DNA from: Escherichia phage MLF4
Sequence record: NC_055780.1
Reading direction: 5' to 3' (one strand)
DNA length: 64,000 bases
The position numbers and the translations under genes are program-made. The stretch's first letter is position 1, and every line of letters begins with the position of its first letter. The notes under the pieces are model-generated. The model worked only from the letters and a program-made list of their open reading frames with translations, had not been told where the DNA came from and ran no database searches. Of this stretch, positions 36,063 to 45,536 are shown piece by piece.

Positions 36063-36688
36063 TGCTCTATCAAATGCACAAGTGCAAAGATACATACAAA
36101 TATAAAGGTGCCCAGTGTTATATCATTAATCGTGAAAACGCGGGTCCAGGTCATTCGCATCAATCACGGTTTGTATTCGTTAAAAACAATGAAATTATAG
36201 CAGTTGCTAATTACATGCTTGTGACTAATGATGTTAATCCGGTGCCTTTTACATATTATAATCTAATGGATTTGGCGTACGATTATAATTGGTTTAATCA
36301 TGACACTTTGGCTCATATCGAAGGCGTAGGATTTGACATCTCTTATTCTAGTTACTCGTTGTGTCCTATGAGCCGAGCTCATAAAGAGCCTGAATATTTT
36401 TCATTTCGTCGGCGTGTAGACTTTAAACGCAGCACAGAGTATGTCGGTGGAATATTTGTTAAAGATAATCGAATTACTCGCATTATTTATCCTTTGGGCT
36501 GTGGTCAAAAAGATATTGATGTTGATTTAGACTTTACTGAAAACATCATTAATCATATTGCTTCTGTATATTTTGATATTGATCACAAAATTGTAATATG
36601 TGGATATGAATTACCATCAGAAAAACAGTCTAAAGTAAATGTTTCTATTGATGACCAAATTTTTAATGCTTTTATGAATAGAGGTTAA
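36062..36688 (+). CDS. hypothetical protein (208 aa)
   Basis: ORF in the 61.x interval. Confidence 0.5.
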   Translation: MLYQMHKCKDTYKYKGAQCYIINRENAGPGHSHQSRFVFVKNNEIIAVANYMLVTNDVNPVPFTYYNLMDLAYDYNWFNHDTLAHIEGVGFDISYSSYSLCPMSRAHKEPEYFSFRRRVDFKRSTEYVGGIFVKDNRITRIIYPLGCGQKDIDVDLDFTENIINHIASVYFDIDHKIVICGYELPSEKQSKVNVSIDDQIFNAFMNRG

Positions 36689-36689
36689 T

Positions 36690-36854
36690 ATGAAAACATA
36701 TAAAGAATTTATTAAAGAAGATATGGTCGCTGGAGATTCAGGTGGTAATCCTGAAAATATCTCTACTGGAACAACGTCAGGTGCTGTAGTAAATAAAGGT
36801 CCTGAACAGATTCCTAAAAAGAAGAAAGAGGAATCTAAAGAAAAAGAAGAGTAA
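36690..36854 (+). CDS. hypothetical small protein (54 aa)
   Basis: ATG 1 nt after upstream stop, stop 2 nt before gene 61 start; Lys/Glu-rich; below track cut-off. Confidence 0.3.
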   Translation: MKTYKEFIKEDMVAGDSGGNPENISTGTTSGAVVNKGPEQIPKKKKEESKEKEE

Positions 36855-36856
36855 AA

Positions 36857-37885
36857 ATGTCATCAATACCTTGGATTGATAATGAGTTTGCATACCGTGC
36901 ATTAGCTCATTTACCTAAATTCACACAAGTAAATAATAGTTCAACTTTTAAATTGCGGTTTAGATGCCCTGTTTGTGGAGATTCAAAAACCGACCAGAAT
37001 AAAGCTCGTGGATGGTATTATGGTGATAATAATGAAGGAAATATTCATTGTTATAACTGTAACTATCATGCACCAATTGGAATATATTTAAAGGAGTTTG
37101 AACCTGATTTATATCGTGAGTATATCTTTGAAATAAGAAAAGAAAAAGGTAAAAGTCGTCCAGTAGAAAAACCTAAAGAACTTCCTAAACAACCTGAGAA
37201 GAAAATAATTAAATCTCTTCCGTCATGTGTTCGATTAGATAAACTGGCGGAAGACCATGCAATTATAAAATATGTAAAAGCTCGTTGTATTCCAAAGGAT
37301 AAATGGAAATATCTTTGGTTTACAACCGAATGGCCTAAATTAGTTAATAGCATAGCACCGGGAACATACAAAAAGGAAATTTCTGAGCCTCGTCTTGTTA
37401 TTCCAATTTATAATGCTAATGGAAAAGCTGAGTCTTTTCAAGGACGTGCATTAAAGAAAGATGCTCCTCAAAAATATATCACCATCAAAGCTTATCCTGA
37501 GGCAACAAAAATCTATGGAGTCGAACGAGTTAAAGATGGTGATGTATATGTTCTAGAAGGACCTATAGATTCACTTTTTATTGAAAATGGTATAGCTATT
37601 ACGGGTGGTCAATTAGACCTAGAAGTTGTTCCATTTAAAGATAGACGAGTGTGGGTTTTAGATAATGAACCTCGTCACCCTGACACTATCAAGCGAATGA
37701 CTAAATTAGTTGATGCAGGAGAAAGGGTTATGTTTTGGGATAAATCTCCCTGGAAATCAAAAGATGTTAATGATATGATTAGAAAGGAAGGTGCAACCCC
37801 TGAACAAATTATGGAATATATGAAAAATAATATTGCCCAGGGGTTGATGGCTAAAATGCGGTTATCTAAATATGCTAAGATTTAA
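36857..37885 (+). CDS. 61: DNA primase gp61
   Basis: 342 codons; N-terminal zinc ribbon CPVCGDS...CYNCNYH, Toprim-like core; recognised as T4 gp61. Confidence 0.9.
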   Translation: MSSIPWIDNEFAYRALAHLPKFTQVNNSSTFKLRFRCPVCGDSKTDQNKARGWYYGDNNEGNIHCYNCNYHAPIGIYLKEFEPDLYREYIFEIRKEKGKSRPVEKPKELPKQPEKKIIKSLPSCVRLDKLAEDHAIIKYVKARCIPKDKWKYLWFTTEWPKLVNSIAPGTYKKEISEPRLVIPIYNANGKAESFQGRALKKDAPQKYITIKAYPEATKIYGVERVKDGDVYVLEGPIDSLFIENGIAITGGQLDLEVVPFKDRRVWVLDNEPRHPDTIKRMTKLVDAGERVMFWDKSPWKSKDVNDMIRKEGATPEQIMEYMKNNIAQGLMAKMRLSKYAKI

Positions 37886-38082
37886 ATTAACCCAACTAAA
37901 GCAAATGCTAAATCTACGAATGTATCAAGAGTAACTACTGGAATATTAATACCATGTGCAATTGCAATAGGTGATAGAATAAAGTTCCAGAGTAAAATTC
38001 CTACCATAGCAGAAATAGTAAAAGCTATACGTTTTTTATTACCTTTTATGGCATTAACAAGTGCCATTAATTTTTGTACCAT
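37882..38082 (-). CDS. hypothetical small membrane protein (66 aa), antisense to the surrounding operon
   Basis: Minus-strand ORF with strong SD (AAGGAGGACATATG), two hydrophobic segments; stop overlaps gene 61 stop by 4 nt. Confidence 0.4.
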   Translation of the reverse strand: MVQKLMALVNAIKGNKKRIAFTISAMVGILLWNFILSPIAIAHGINIPVVTLDTFVDLAFALVGLI

Positions 38083-38094
38083 ATGTCCTCCTTA

Positions 38095-38119
38095 TTGCTT
38101 TATATATTTATTGTATAAT
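38095..38119 (+). promoter_or_regulatory. T4-type middle promoter for gene 56 (MotA box TTGCTTTA + TATAAT)
   Basis: MotA box, 11-bp spacing, TATAAT. Confidence 0.5.
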
Positions 38120-38153
38120 TAATCTACTAACCCATGAATTGAAAGGAAAAATA

Positions 38154-38672
38154 ATGGCTTACTTTAATGAATGTGCTCATTTGATCGAAGGTGTTGATAA
38201 AGCAAATCGTGCATATGCTGAGAATATTATGCACAATATTGACCCACTGCAGGTTATGCTTGATATGCAGCGGCATTTACAGATTCGTTTGGCTAATGAT
38301 AAACCAGAAACAAATCGTCATCCTGATTCACTTGAAACTGCAGGAGAAGTTCTTGCTTGGTTGCGAAACCAAGACGATTATATCGCAGATGAAACTCGCG
38401 AACTATATACTTCTCTTGGTGGTATGAGTAATGGTGAAAAAGAAGCTTCTGCTGTATGGAAACCTTGGAAGAAACGTTATTCTGAAATGCAATCCAAGAA
38501 AATTCAAGATTTATCTCCCGAAGATCAGCTTGAAATTAAATTTGAACTGATTGACCAATTTCACTTTTTCATGAATAAATTTATTGCTCTTGGAATGTCA
38601 GCTGAAGAAATCTTTAAACTTTATTACCTGAAAAATGCTGAAAACTTCGCTCGTCAAGACCGAGGTTATTAA
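38154..38672 (+). CDS. 56: dCTPase / dCTP-dCDP pyrophosphatase gp56
   Basis: 172 codons from ATG with SD GGAAAAATAATG; MAYFNECAHLIEGVDKA...EEIFKLYYLKNAENFARQDRGY recognised as T4 gp56; track start 38061 rejected as over-extended. Confidence 0.85.
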   Translation: MAYFNECAHLIEGVDKANRAYAENIMHNIDPLQVMLDMQRHLQIRLANDKPETNRHPDSLETAGEVLAWLRNQDDYIADETRELYTSLGGMSNGEKEASAVWKPWKKRYSEMQSKKIQDLSPEDQLEIKFELIDQFHFFMNKFIALGMSAEEIFKLYYLKNAENFARQDRGY

Positions 38673-38875
38673 TGGCTCGTTTAAATAAGCGTCAGCTTAA
38701 GAAAGCCCATAAGAAACGTATTGACCAGCTATTTAAAGATTATAACAAGGAGCTCGTATGTGAGCTCTTATCTAATCAGCTTCGCAAAGCTTACATAATT
38801 AAAACTGGGCATATACCATTAGGCAAGTGGGTACATGAAGAAGCCTTAAAATTAATTATAGAGCATTCAAAATGA
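38672..38875 (+). CDS. hypothetical basic protein (67 aa)
   Basis: ATTAATGG overlap with gene 56 stop. Confidence 0.4.
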   Translation: MARLNKRQLKKAHKKRIDQLFKDYNKELVCELLSNQLRKAYIIKTGHIPLGKWVHEEALKLIIEHSK

Positions 38876-39081
38876 AATTTAATTTTTATGCATGGCAAAA
38901 AGCCGGGAGACCGGCTAGTCGAGCATTTGGTTCTGATGGATATAATATTAGAGCCCATTGGAAATTTAATGCTCCAGACGATTATTCTCCGGTAATTATT
39001 AACGGCGATGTTGTTATATTAACTAAAATTGGGTATTTTAACGTTCCGCGAGAATTTATTATAAATAATCATGTAATTTAA
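38872..39081 (+). CDS. hypothetical protein (69 aa)
   Basis: ATGA overlap with upstream stop. Confidence 0.4.
   Translation: MKFNFYAWQKAGRPASRAFGSDGYNIRAHWKFNAPDDYSPVIINGDVVILTKIGYFNVPREFIINNHVI
39060..39067 (+). promoter_or_regulatory. T4 late promoter (TATAAATA) for soc
   Basis: Exact TATAAATA about 30 nt upstream of the soc ATG. Confidence 0.55.
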
Positions 39082-39097
39082 ATAAAAGGAGAATTAC

Positions 39098-39343
39098 ATG
39101 GCTAGTACTCGCGGTTATGTTAATATTAAAACATTTGAGCAAAAATTAGATGGAAATAAGAAAATTGAAGGAAAGGAAATTTCCGTAGCTTTCCCTCTTT
39201 ATTCTGACGTTCACAAAATTTCTGGTGCTCATTACCAGACATTCCCTTCAGAAAAAGCAGCATATTCTACAGTATATGAAGAAAATCAACGCACTGAATG
39301 GATTGCTGCAAATGAAGATTTGTGGAAAGTAACTGGTGAATAA
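39098..39343 (+). CDS. soc: small outer capsid protein Soc
   Basis: 81 codons; MASTRGYVNIKTFEQKLDGNKKIEGKEISVAFPLYSDVHKISGAHYQTF... recognised as T4 Soc. Confidence 0.92.
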   Translation: MASTRGYVNIKTFEQKLDGNKKIEGKEISVAFPLYSDVHKISGAHYQTFPSEKAAYSTVYEENQRTEWIAANEDLWKVTGE

Positions 39344-39348
39344 ATTCA

Positions 39349-39373
39349 AGGACTCCTTCGGGAGTCCTTTTTC
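39349..39373 (+). terminator. intrinsic terminator (AGGACTCC-TTCG-GGAGTCCT + T5)
   Basis: 8-bp stem UUCG hairpin plus TTTTT after soc. Confidence 0.7.
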
Positions 39374-39382
39374 ATTTAAATG

Positions 39383-39412
39383 GTTTACTTTCCAAAATGA
39401 GTATGGTATAAT
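39383..39412 (+). promoter_or_regulatory. T4-type early promoter
   Basis: GTTTAC + 18 bp + TGGTATAAT. Confidence 0.55.
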
Positions 39413-39438
39413 AGAATTATCTTATAGAGGAGAGCACT

Positions 39439-39645
39439 ATGTTAAATCGTTGGATTAAACCAAATGAAGATTTAGATATTATCATTTCACGACATGTAAT
39501 GAAGAAATATGAACTGCAGCCATGGTCTACAGAAGTTGTTGTGCATTCATTTATGATGTACGCAGATGGTTCTGTTGAATTTAATGCAGAGATTCGATAT
39601 GATTATGGTGAGAAGCAAGTCGAATTCAAAAGAGGCTTTTTGTAA
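39439..39645 (+). CDS. hypothetical protein (68 aa)
   Basis: SD GAGGAGAGCACTATG. Confidence 0.45.
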   Translation: MLNRWIKPNEDLDIIISRHVMKKYELQPWSTEVVVHSFMMYADGSVEFNAEIRYDYGEKQVEFKRGFL

Positions 39646-39986
39646 TGTTTATCTTTAATTGGTTTAAAAATTTCTTTACAGATTTTTTCTCTACAACTCC
39701 GGGAGAAGGTGTAGTTCCTATTTCAAATGACTATCTTCCTTTAACTGTAGTTGAGTATGTTTATATGGGAGATGGAACAGTAGAAGCAGTTACTATGACT
39801 TATGAAGAAGCCCAAGAATATTATAAAAATCCTTGGCGCTGGTCAGTACCTACTACATCATCTAATGCACAGAATACACAGTCTAGTTCTGATTCATATG
39901 ACACCAATGTTCCTGTTCATGTATGGACGGGCGATTCATGTGGAAGTTCTTGTGATTCTAGTTGTTCATCTACATCTTGTGATTGA
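39645..39986 (+). CDS. hypothetical protein with Ser/Cys-repeat C-terminus (113 aa)
   Basis: C-terminal [18 protein letters not shown]; N-terminal aromatic-rich segment. Confidence 0.4.
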   Translation: MFIFNWFKNFFTDFFSTTPGEGVVPISNDYLPLTVVEYVYMGDGTVEAVTMTYEEAQEYYKNPWRWSVPTTSSNAQNTQSSSDSYDTNVPVHVWTGDSCGSSCDSSCSSTSCD

Positions 39987-39994
39987 GGAAAATT

Positions 39995-40480
39995 ATGGAA
40001 GCGATTTTGTTTGAAATGTCTATCAATAGTATTAGTATGGCGTTTGTCAAGGATGTTCCAATTACAGTAGCAGTAATGATTGATAAAAGATATGACAATG
40101 ACATGTATCTAGTAGAAGATTTTATTTCAATGCCAGTTCCAGAAGATGTTGAAATAAAACTTAAAAAGATCGGAATTATTGAAACTGTACAAAATTCTCC
40201 ATTTATGGCAATTCAAGCATTTACTAAATCTAACTATATTGATGTTGCTGAAGCATACTATAATAATAAACCGTTATCCTTCTATTCATACGATTCAATA
40301 TATGATTGGAAAATAGATAAAGGAAATAAATTTATAATTACGGACGAAAGTGCGCTATCATATTTTATTACCTCTTTATGGAATAATTTAAATCCTAATT
40401 TGCTAAAAATTCATGAATTTGACGCTGTCCATACTATCGTTTTAGGTAAAACAAATGAAAGTTCTGAAGAAAATGCTTGA
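39995..40480 (+). CDS. hypothetical protein (161 aa)
   Basis: Start at ATG after SD GAGGAAAATTATG; track ORF 39983..40480 trimmed. Confidence 0.45.
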   Translation: MEAILFEMSINSISMAFVKDVPITVAVMIDKRYDNDMYLVEDFISMPVPEDVEIKLKKIGIIETVQNSPFMAIQAFTKSNYIDVAEAYYNNKPLSFYSYDSIYDWKIDKGNKFIITDESALSYFITSLWNNLNPNLLKIHEFDAVHTIVLGKTNESSEENA

Positions 40481-40658
40481 ATGGTTCAATAGACCAAACT
40501 CAATGTATATTGATGATGGTTGGGTTGAACAAGCAAATAAAGAAATGCAGAACGAGTCAGAAGAATGGATGAAATCAATGATTAGTGCTGAGAAAGAAAA
40601 GAAATTAGAACGCTCAGCGCTTAAATTGATGAGAGACATCTATGGTGATAAATCATGA
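40455..40658 (+). CDS. hypothetical protein (67 aa)
   Basis: Charged helical ORF overlapping upstream gene by 26 nt. Confidence 0.35.
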   Translation: MKVLKKMLEWFNRPNSMYIDDGWVEQANKEMQNESEEWMKSMISAEKEKKLERSALKLMRDIYGDKS

Positions 40659-40819
40659 CCAAAGATATGACGTTAGAAGAGGCAAAGGCTAAAGCAAATG
40701 AAGCAATGGATTTGCTTCTTAAAATTGGCAGTAAAATGATGGAAGAAAATGAGAAGTATATCCAGGAAAATAAAATTCCTGACGGTCCATTAGTAGGCAA
40801 AAGGAAATCACATGATTGA
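40655..40819 (+). CDS. hypothetical small protein (54 aa)
   Basis: ATGA overlap with upstream stop; below track cut-off. Confidence 0.3.
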   Translation: MTKDMTLEEAKAKANEAMDLLLKIGSKMMEENEKYIQENKIPDGPLVGKRKSHD

Positions 40820-41282
40820 AGTAGCAAAATTATATTCAATAGAATTTATGTCTAAAGAAGGTAAATCAGTAAATACACTTGATAAAAAATGCTCATTAAT
40901 TATTCCTTTAGCAGAAAATCCGGATTTTTTAATTAAAGATATAAAAGAAAGAAAATATCCAGAAAATGTTATTCTAATTATAAAGCATACTGAAGATATT
41001 TTGCAGAATACTGATTCGCCGTTTTCTTCTTCCGAAGCTTTAACTATTAAAGGCTATAAAAGAGCTCATGAATATGGTCTTTTTGACATGTTTGAAGACG
41101 ATAAAGTTAAATTAGCGAGTCAACCTTCTAAAAGTAAAACATTCATTATTGAAGATATTAAAGATATAAATGCATTTGTTAAGATGGTCTGGGCTCATTT
41201 TGATGTTGGACTACGCTGGAGAATGTCCGAAGAAGAAAGAAAGATTATTGAAGCTAATCGTCAATTTGGTTTTTATCGCTAG
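40812..41282 (+). CDS. hypothetical protein (156 aa)
   Basis: ORF in the soc-modB interval. Confidence 0.45.
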   Translation: MIEVAKLYSIEFMSKEGKSVNTLDKKCSLIIPLAENPDFLIKDIKERKYPENVILIIKHTEDILQNTDSPFSSSEALTIKGYKRAHEYGLFDMFEDDKVKLASQPSKSKTFIIEDIKDINAFVKMVWAHFDVGLRWRMSEEERKIIEANRQFGFYR

Positions 41283-41290
41283 GAATTAGT

Positions 41291-41473
41291 ATGGATTTAT
41301 TTGAGATGTTAGAAGATAATCATTCTACGAATATCCAGAATGATTCTAGTGATTATAAGAAAGAATACCGTATAGTATTACAGAATTATGGAATTGAAGC
41401 CCCAGATGCTCTTCTAGAAGAACTAGCTTCATACCATCTTGACCCTCCGCCTTGGGCTCCCTGGGCAAAATAA
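41291..41473 (+). CDS. hypothetical acidic protein (60 aa)
   Basis: SD AGGAATTAGTATG. Confidence 0.35.
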   Translation: MDLFEMLEDNHSTNIQNDSSDYKKEYRIVLQNYGIEAPDALLEELASYHLDPPPWAPWAK

Positions 41474-41484
41474 TTCAAAAAGTT

Positions 41485-41513
41485 GTTTACTTTCCTTTCT
41501 AACGATGATATGA
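41485..41513 (+). promoter_or_regulatory. T4-type early promoter
   Basis: GTTTAC + 17 bp + TATGAT. Confidence 0.5.
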
Positions 41514-41540
41514 TAGCTTCTGAAGTATACGGAGGCTATC

Positions 41541-42164
41541 ATGATTATTAATCCTGCAGATGTTGAACAGTTATCTATAAAAGCTGAAAGCGTTGATTTT
41601 CAATATGATATGTATAAAAAAGTCTGTGAAAAATTTACTGACTTTGAGCAGTCTGTTCTTTGGCAATGTATGGAAGCCAAAAAGAATGAAGCTCTTCATC
41701 GGCAGTTGAATAAAATCATTAAAAAGCATTTAACTAAATCGCCTTATCAGTTATATCGTGGTATATCAAAATCGACAAAAGAAATAATAGAAAATTTACA
41801 GGTTGGAGATGTATTTTCAACAAATAGGGTAGATTCATTTACTACTAGTTTGCATACAGCGTGTTCTTTTTCTTATGCTGAATATTTCACTGAAACAATA
41901 CTTCGTTTAAAAACTGATAAAGCTTTTAATTATTCTGACCATATCAGCGATATTATACTTTCTTCTCCTAACACTGAGTTTAAGTACACGTATGAAGATA
42001 CTGATGGGTTAGATTCAGAAAGAACTGATAACTTAATGATGATTGTACATGAACAAGAATGGATGATTCCAATTGGAAAGTATAAAATAACTTCTATTTC
42101 AAAAGAAAAATTACACGATTCATTTGGAACATTTAAAGTTTATGATATTGAGGTAATTGAATGA
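41541..42164 (+). CDS. modB: ADP-ribosyltransferase ModB
   Basis: 207 aa; R...S-T-S...E-x-E ADP-ribosyltransferase-like motifs (YRG, STNRVDSF, EQEWMIP); order and length match T4 modB. Confidence 0.65.
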   Translation: MIINPADVEQLSIKAESVDFQYDMYKKVCEKFTDFEQSVLWQCMEAKKNEALHRQLNKIIKKHLTKSPYQLYRGISKSTKEIIENLQVGDVFSTNRVDSFTTSLHTACSFSYAEYFTETILRLKTDKAFNYSDHISDIILSSPNTEFKYTYEDTDGLDSERTDNLMMIVHEQEWMIPIGKYKITSISKEKLHDSFGTFKVYDIEVIE

Positions 42165-42763
42165 AATACTCAGTAATGCAACTAAAAGATTTTAAAATAA
42201 AATCAATGGATGCATCGGTGCGTGCTTCTATTCGTGAAGAATTACTTTCTGAAGGGTTTAATTTATCTGAAATTGAACTTTTAATTCATTGTATTACTAA
42301 TAAACCAGATGACCATACTTGGTTAAATGAAATAATCAAATCTCGTTTGGTTCCAAACGATAAACCTCTTTGGAGAGGTGTTCCAGCTGAGACTAAGCAG
42401 GTGTTAAATCAAGGAATTGATATTATTACATTTGATAAAGTCGTATCAGCTTCATATGATAAAAATATAGCTCTACATTTTGCTTCCGGTTTAGAGTATA
42501 ACACACAGGTTATTTTTGAATTCAAAGCTCCTATGGTATTCAATTTCCAGGAGTATGCTATAAAAGCTCTACGCTGTAAAGAATACAATCCAAACTTTAA
42601 GTTTCCGGATAGCCATCGTTATCGTAATATGGAATTAGTTTCAGATGAACAAGAAGTAATGATACCAGCTGGAAGTGTATTTAGAATTGCAGATAGATAT
42701 GAGTACAAAAAGTATTCAACATACACTATCTATACTCTTGATTTTGAAGGATTTAATCTATAA
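42161..42763 (+). CDS. modA: ADP-ribosyltransferase ModA
   Basis: 200 aa; paralog of the preceding ORF (WRG, SAS, EQEVMIP); order and length match T4 modA. Confidence 0.65.
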   Translation: MKYSVMQLKDFKIKSMDASVRASIREELLSEGFNLSEIELLIHCITNKPDDHTWLNEIIKSRLVPNDKPLWRGVPAETKQVLNQGIDIITFDKVVSASYDKNIALHFASGLEYNTQVIFEFKAPMVFNFQEYAIKALRCKEYNPNFKFPDSHRYRNMELVSDEQEVMIPAGSVFRIADRYEYKKYSTYTIYTLDFEGFNL

Positions 42764-42820
42764 TGGAAGGACTTAGATTCATTATACCATGAAATTTTTA
42801 AAGCATTTTTACATAAAGTT

Positions 42821-42850
42821 GTTTACAAGTTAAGGTAAAAATGTTATAGT
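42821..42850 (+). promoter_or_regulatory. T4-type early promoter
   Basis: GTTTACA + 17 bp + TGTTATAGT. Confidence 0.55.
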
Positions 42851-42884
42851 AAGTATTAAATCGTCCGTAAGATGTGAGAAAAAT

Positions 42885-43640
42885 ATGAAACTGCATAATA
42901 TGTCTAATAATCAAATTCGTAAAATTAAACGTCGTTTAGAGCGCACTCAGGCATCTGCTAAAAGACGTTCTAAAGATTTTAACTTAGACTTCAATTACAT
43001 TAAGAACATTTTAGATCAGAAAGTTTGCGCTTACTCGGGAGAACCTTTTGATAATCGTATTGAAGGAGAGAAATTATCATTAGAACGTTTTGATAATAAC
43101 GTTGGATACATTAAAGGGAATGTTATTGCAGTAAAGAAAAAGTATAATACATTTCGTTCTGATTATACTTTAGAAGAGTTGATTGAAAAGCGTGATTTAT
43201 TTGCTTTGCGAATTGGTCGTTCATCTGCGAAAAAAGTTCATAAACTAAATTTAGATGAAAAGAAATGGGCTAAAATCAAAAAGACTTATAATCAAATTAA
43301 AGCTATACAGAAAAAACGTGAAAACCGAATTGAACACATTTCTCAGCTTTCTAAATCAAAACAGACCTCTGACATTAAGCTAAGAATTATATCACTTAAA
43401 GCTCGTATTGATGGTTCTCGCATAGCAGAAGGCGCTGAAGTTGTTAAACTTAACGTTCTTCTTAAAGGTTCGGATTGGAAAATTGTGAAAAAGCTGTCAG
43501 AAGCAGAAATGCAATATGATATGTGTGATAAAATTATTCAAGGTGTAGAGCGGTATCAAAACTTGTCTTTTATTGATAAACTTAAACTGAAAAGAGGATA
43601 CCCGCTAAATTGTTCAATTTTTAAACTTATCCGAGGATAA
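42885..43640 (+). CDS. srd: Srd-like protein (sigma-factor-like decoy)
   Basis: 251 aa, basic, at the conserved position upstream of dda. Confidence 0.55.
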   Translation: MKLHNMSNNQIRKIKRRLERTQASAKRRSKDFNLDFNYIKNILDQKVCAYSGEPFDNRIEGEKLSLERFDNNVGYIKGNVIAVKKKYNTFRSDYTLEELIEKRDLFALRIGRSSAKKVHKLNLDEKKWAKIKKTYNQIKAIQKKRENRIEHISQLSKSKQTSDIKLRIISLKARIDGSRIAEGAEVVKLNVLLKGSDWKIVKKLSEAEMQYDMCDKIIQGVERYQNLSFIDKLKLKRGYPLNCSIFKLIRG

Positions 43641-43641
43641 T

Positions 43642-43953
43642 ATGGTTTATGTATATGCGATAGTTTACCGAGACAAAGACGGATTTACGGCGCCAGTTCC
43701 GCTTGATGAACATCGTCCTGCTGTATTTTTTGAATGGAAGATTGCTGATAAAGTATTTACCACTCTTAAAGAGCAGTATCAACTAGCTTTAGGTAAGGGA
43801 ATTCCAAGATTAGTTGAGACTCCACGTAAATTTTGGTTTAATAAAATAGAAGTTAAACATGTTAAGCCTGATGTAGACACACAAAGATTATATCAGCGAA
43901 TTTTAGATACTGGGCGTATTGTTAGTATACCAATTGCAGGGAATTTACGATGA
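43642..43953 (+). CDS. hypothetical protein (103 aa)
   Basis: ORF immediately upstream of dda, ATGA overlap. Confidence 0.45.
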   Translation: MVYVYAIVYRDKDGFTAPVPLDEHRPAVFFEWKIADKVFTTLKEQYQLALGKGIPRLVETPRKFWFNKIEVKHVKPDVDTQRLYQRILDTGRIVSIPIAGNLR

Positions 43954-45269
43954 CATTTGATGATTTGACCGAAGGCCAGAAAAATGCCTTTAACATTGTT
44001 ATGAGGGCTATTAAAGAAAAGAAACATCATGTAACTATTAATGGACCTGCTGGTACTGGTAAGACTACTCTTACTAAGTTCATCATTGAAGCTTTAATAT
44101 CTACGGGTGAAACTGGTATTATTTTAGCAGCTCCTACACATGCAGCTAAAAAGATTCTTTCAAAACTGTCGGGGAAAGAAGCGAGTACTATTCATAGTAT
44201 TCTTAAAATTAACCCAGTAACATATGAAGAAAATGTCCTCTTTGAGCAGAAGGAAGTACCAGATTTAGCTAAATGCAGAGTATTAATCTGCGATGAAGTG
44301 TCAATGTATGATAGAAAGCTATTTAAAATTCTGCTTTCAACTATCCCGCCGTGGTGTACTATAATTGGAATAGGTGATAATAAGCAAATTAGACCTGTTG
44401 ACCCAGGAGAAAATACTGCTTATATCAGTCCATTCTTTACACATAAAGATTTTTATCAGTGTGAACTCACTGAAGTTAAACGCAGTAATGCTCCTATTAT
44501 TGATGTAGCTACTGATGTTCGCAACGGTAAGTGGATTTATGATAAAGTTGTTGACGGGCATGGAGTACGTGGATTTACAGGTGATACCGCTTTACGCGAT
44601 TTTATGGTAAATTATTTTTCAATCGTCAAATCTCTAGATGATTTGTTTGAAAATCGCGTAATGGCATTTACGAATAAATCTGTTGACAAGTTAAATAGCA
44701 TTATTCGTAAAAAGATTTTTGAAACTGATAAAGATTTTATTGTAGGTGAAATTATTGTAATGCAGGAACCATTAATTAAAACATATAAAATTGATGGAAA
44801 GCCTGTGTCAGAAATTATTTTTAATAACGGACAATTAGTTCGTATTATAGAAGCAGAGTATACATCAACGTTTGTTAAAGCCCGTGGTGTTCCTGGAGAA
44901 TACTTAATTCGTCATTGGGATTTAACAGTAGAAACTTACGGCGATGATGAATATTATCGTGAAAAGATTAAAATAATTTCATCTGATGAAGAGCTATATA
45001 AGTTTAACCTGTTTTTAGGTAAAACAGCAGAAACTTATAAAAATTGGAACAAAGGCGGAAAAGCTCCATGGAGTGATTTTTGGGATGCTAAATCACAGTT
45101 CAGTAAAGTGAAAGCACTTCCTGCATCAACATTCCATAAAGCTCAGGGTATGTCTGTAGACCGTGCTTTCATTTATACGCCTTGTATTCATTATGCAGAT
45201 GCTGAATTAGCTCAACAACTTCTTTACGTTGGTGTAACACGTGGTCGTTATGATGTGTTTTATGTGTGA
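43950..45269 (+). CDS. dda: Dda DNA helicase (SF1B)
   Basis: 439-aa product MTFDDLTEGQKNAFNIVM.AIKEKKHHVTINGPAGTGKTT... recognised as T4 Dda. Confidence 0.92.
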   Translation: MTFDDLTEGQKNAFNIVMRAIKEKKHHVTINGPAGTGKTTLTKFIIEALISTGETGIILAAPTHAAKKILSKLSGKEASTIHSILKINPVTYEENVLFEQKEVPDLAKCRVLICDEVSMYDRKLFKILLSTIPPWCTIIGIGDNKQIRPVDPGENTAYISPFFTHKDFYQCELTEVKRSNAPIIDVATDVRNGKWIYDKVVDGHGVRGFTGDTALRDFMVNYFSIVKSLDDLFENRVMAFTNKSVDKLNSIIRKKIFETDKDFIVGEIIVMQEPLIKTYKIDGKPVSEIIFNNGQLVRIIEAEYTSTFVKARGVPGEYLIRHWDLTVETYGDDEYYREKIKIISSDEELYKFNLFLGKTAETYKNWNKGGKAPWSDFWDAKSQFSKVKALPASTFHKAQGMSVDRAFIYTPCIHYADAELAQQLLYVGVTRGRYDVFYV

Positions 45270-45275
45270 GGCTAT

Positions 45276-45536
45276 ATGATTAACATCAATTCAAAATATT
45301 TAAATCGTCTAATAGATGGTATAAGGAAGCATACTAATAAGCAAGATAATCTCGATGTTATGGTAACAGGAGCTGAGCTCCTTCATAAGCTTTATCTTAT
45401 AAGTGATACTATATTAGCAATTAAACGAATTGAAAAACAATCATATCACAGTAATACAGATACGGTAATTACACTAGATGAAAGTGTCTGTAAATTACTA
45501 ATTAAATTTGAGGAAGCTATTCGTGGAAATAACTAA
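45276..45536 (+). CDS. hypothetical protein, tandem paralog 1 of 3
   Basis: 86 aa; SD GAGGCTATATG. Confidence 0.4.
   Translation: MININSKYLNRLIDGIRKHTNKQDNLDVMVTGAELLHKLYLISDTILAIKRIEKQSYHSNTDTVITLDESVCKLLIKFEEAIRGNN

Noticed and set aside
38061-38153. Extended N-terminus of gene 56 (track start 38061)
   Set aside because: The extension overlaps the antisense ORF and the middle promoter; an internal ATG at 38154 has an SD and yields the expected gp56 N-terminus MAYFNECAHL.
38672-39098. Replication origin oriA assignment to the 56-soc junction
   Set aside because: Based only on map analogy with T4; I could not identify defining origin sequence features (such as an iteron array) by eye, so it is mentioned under findings as context rather than called as a feature.
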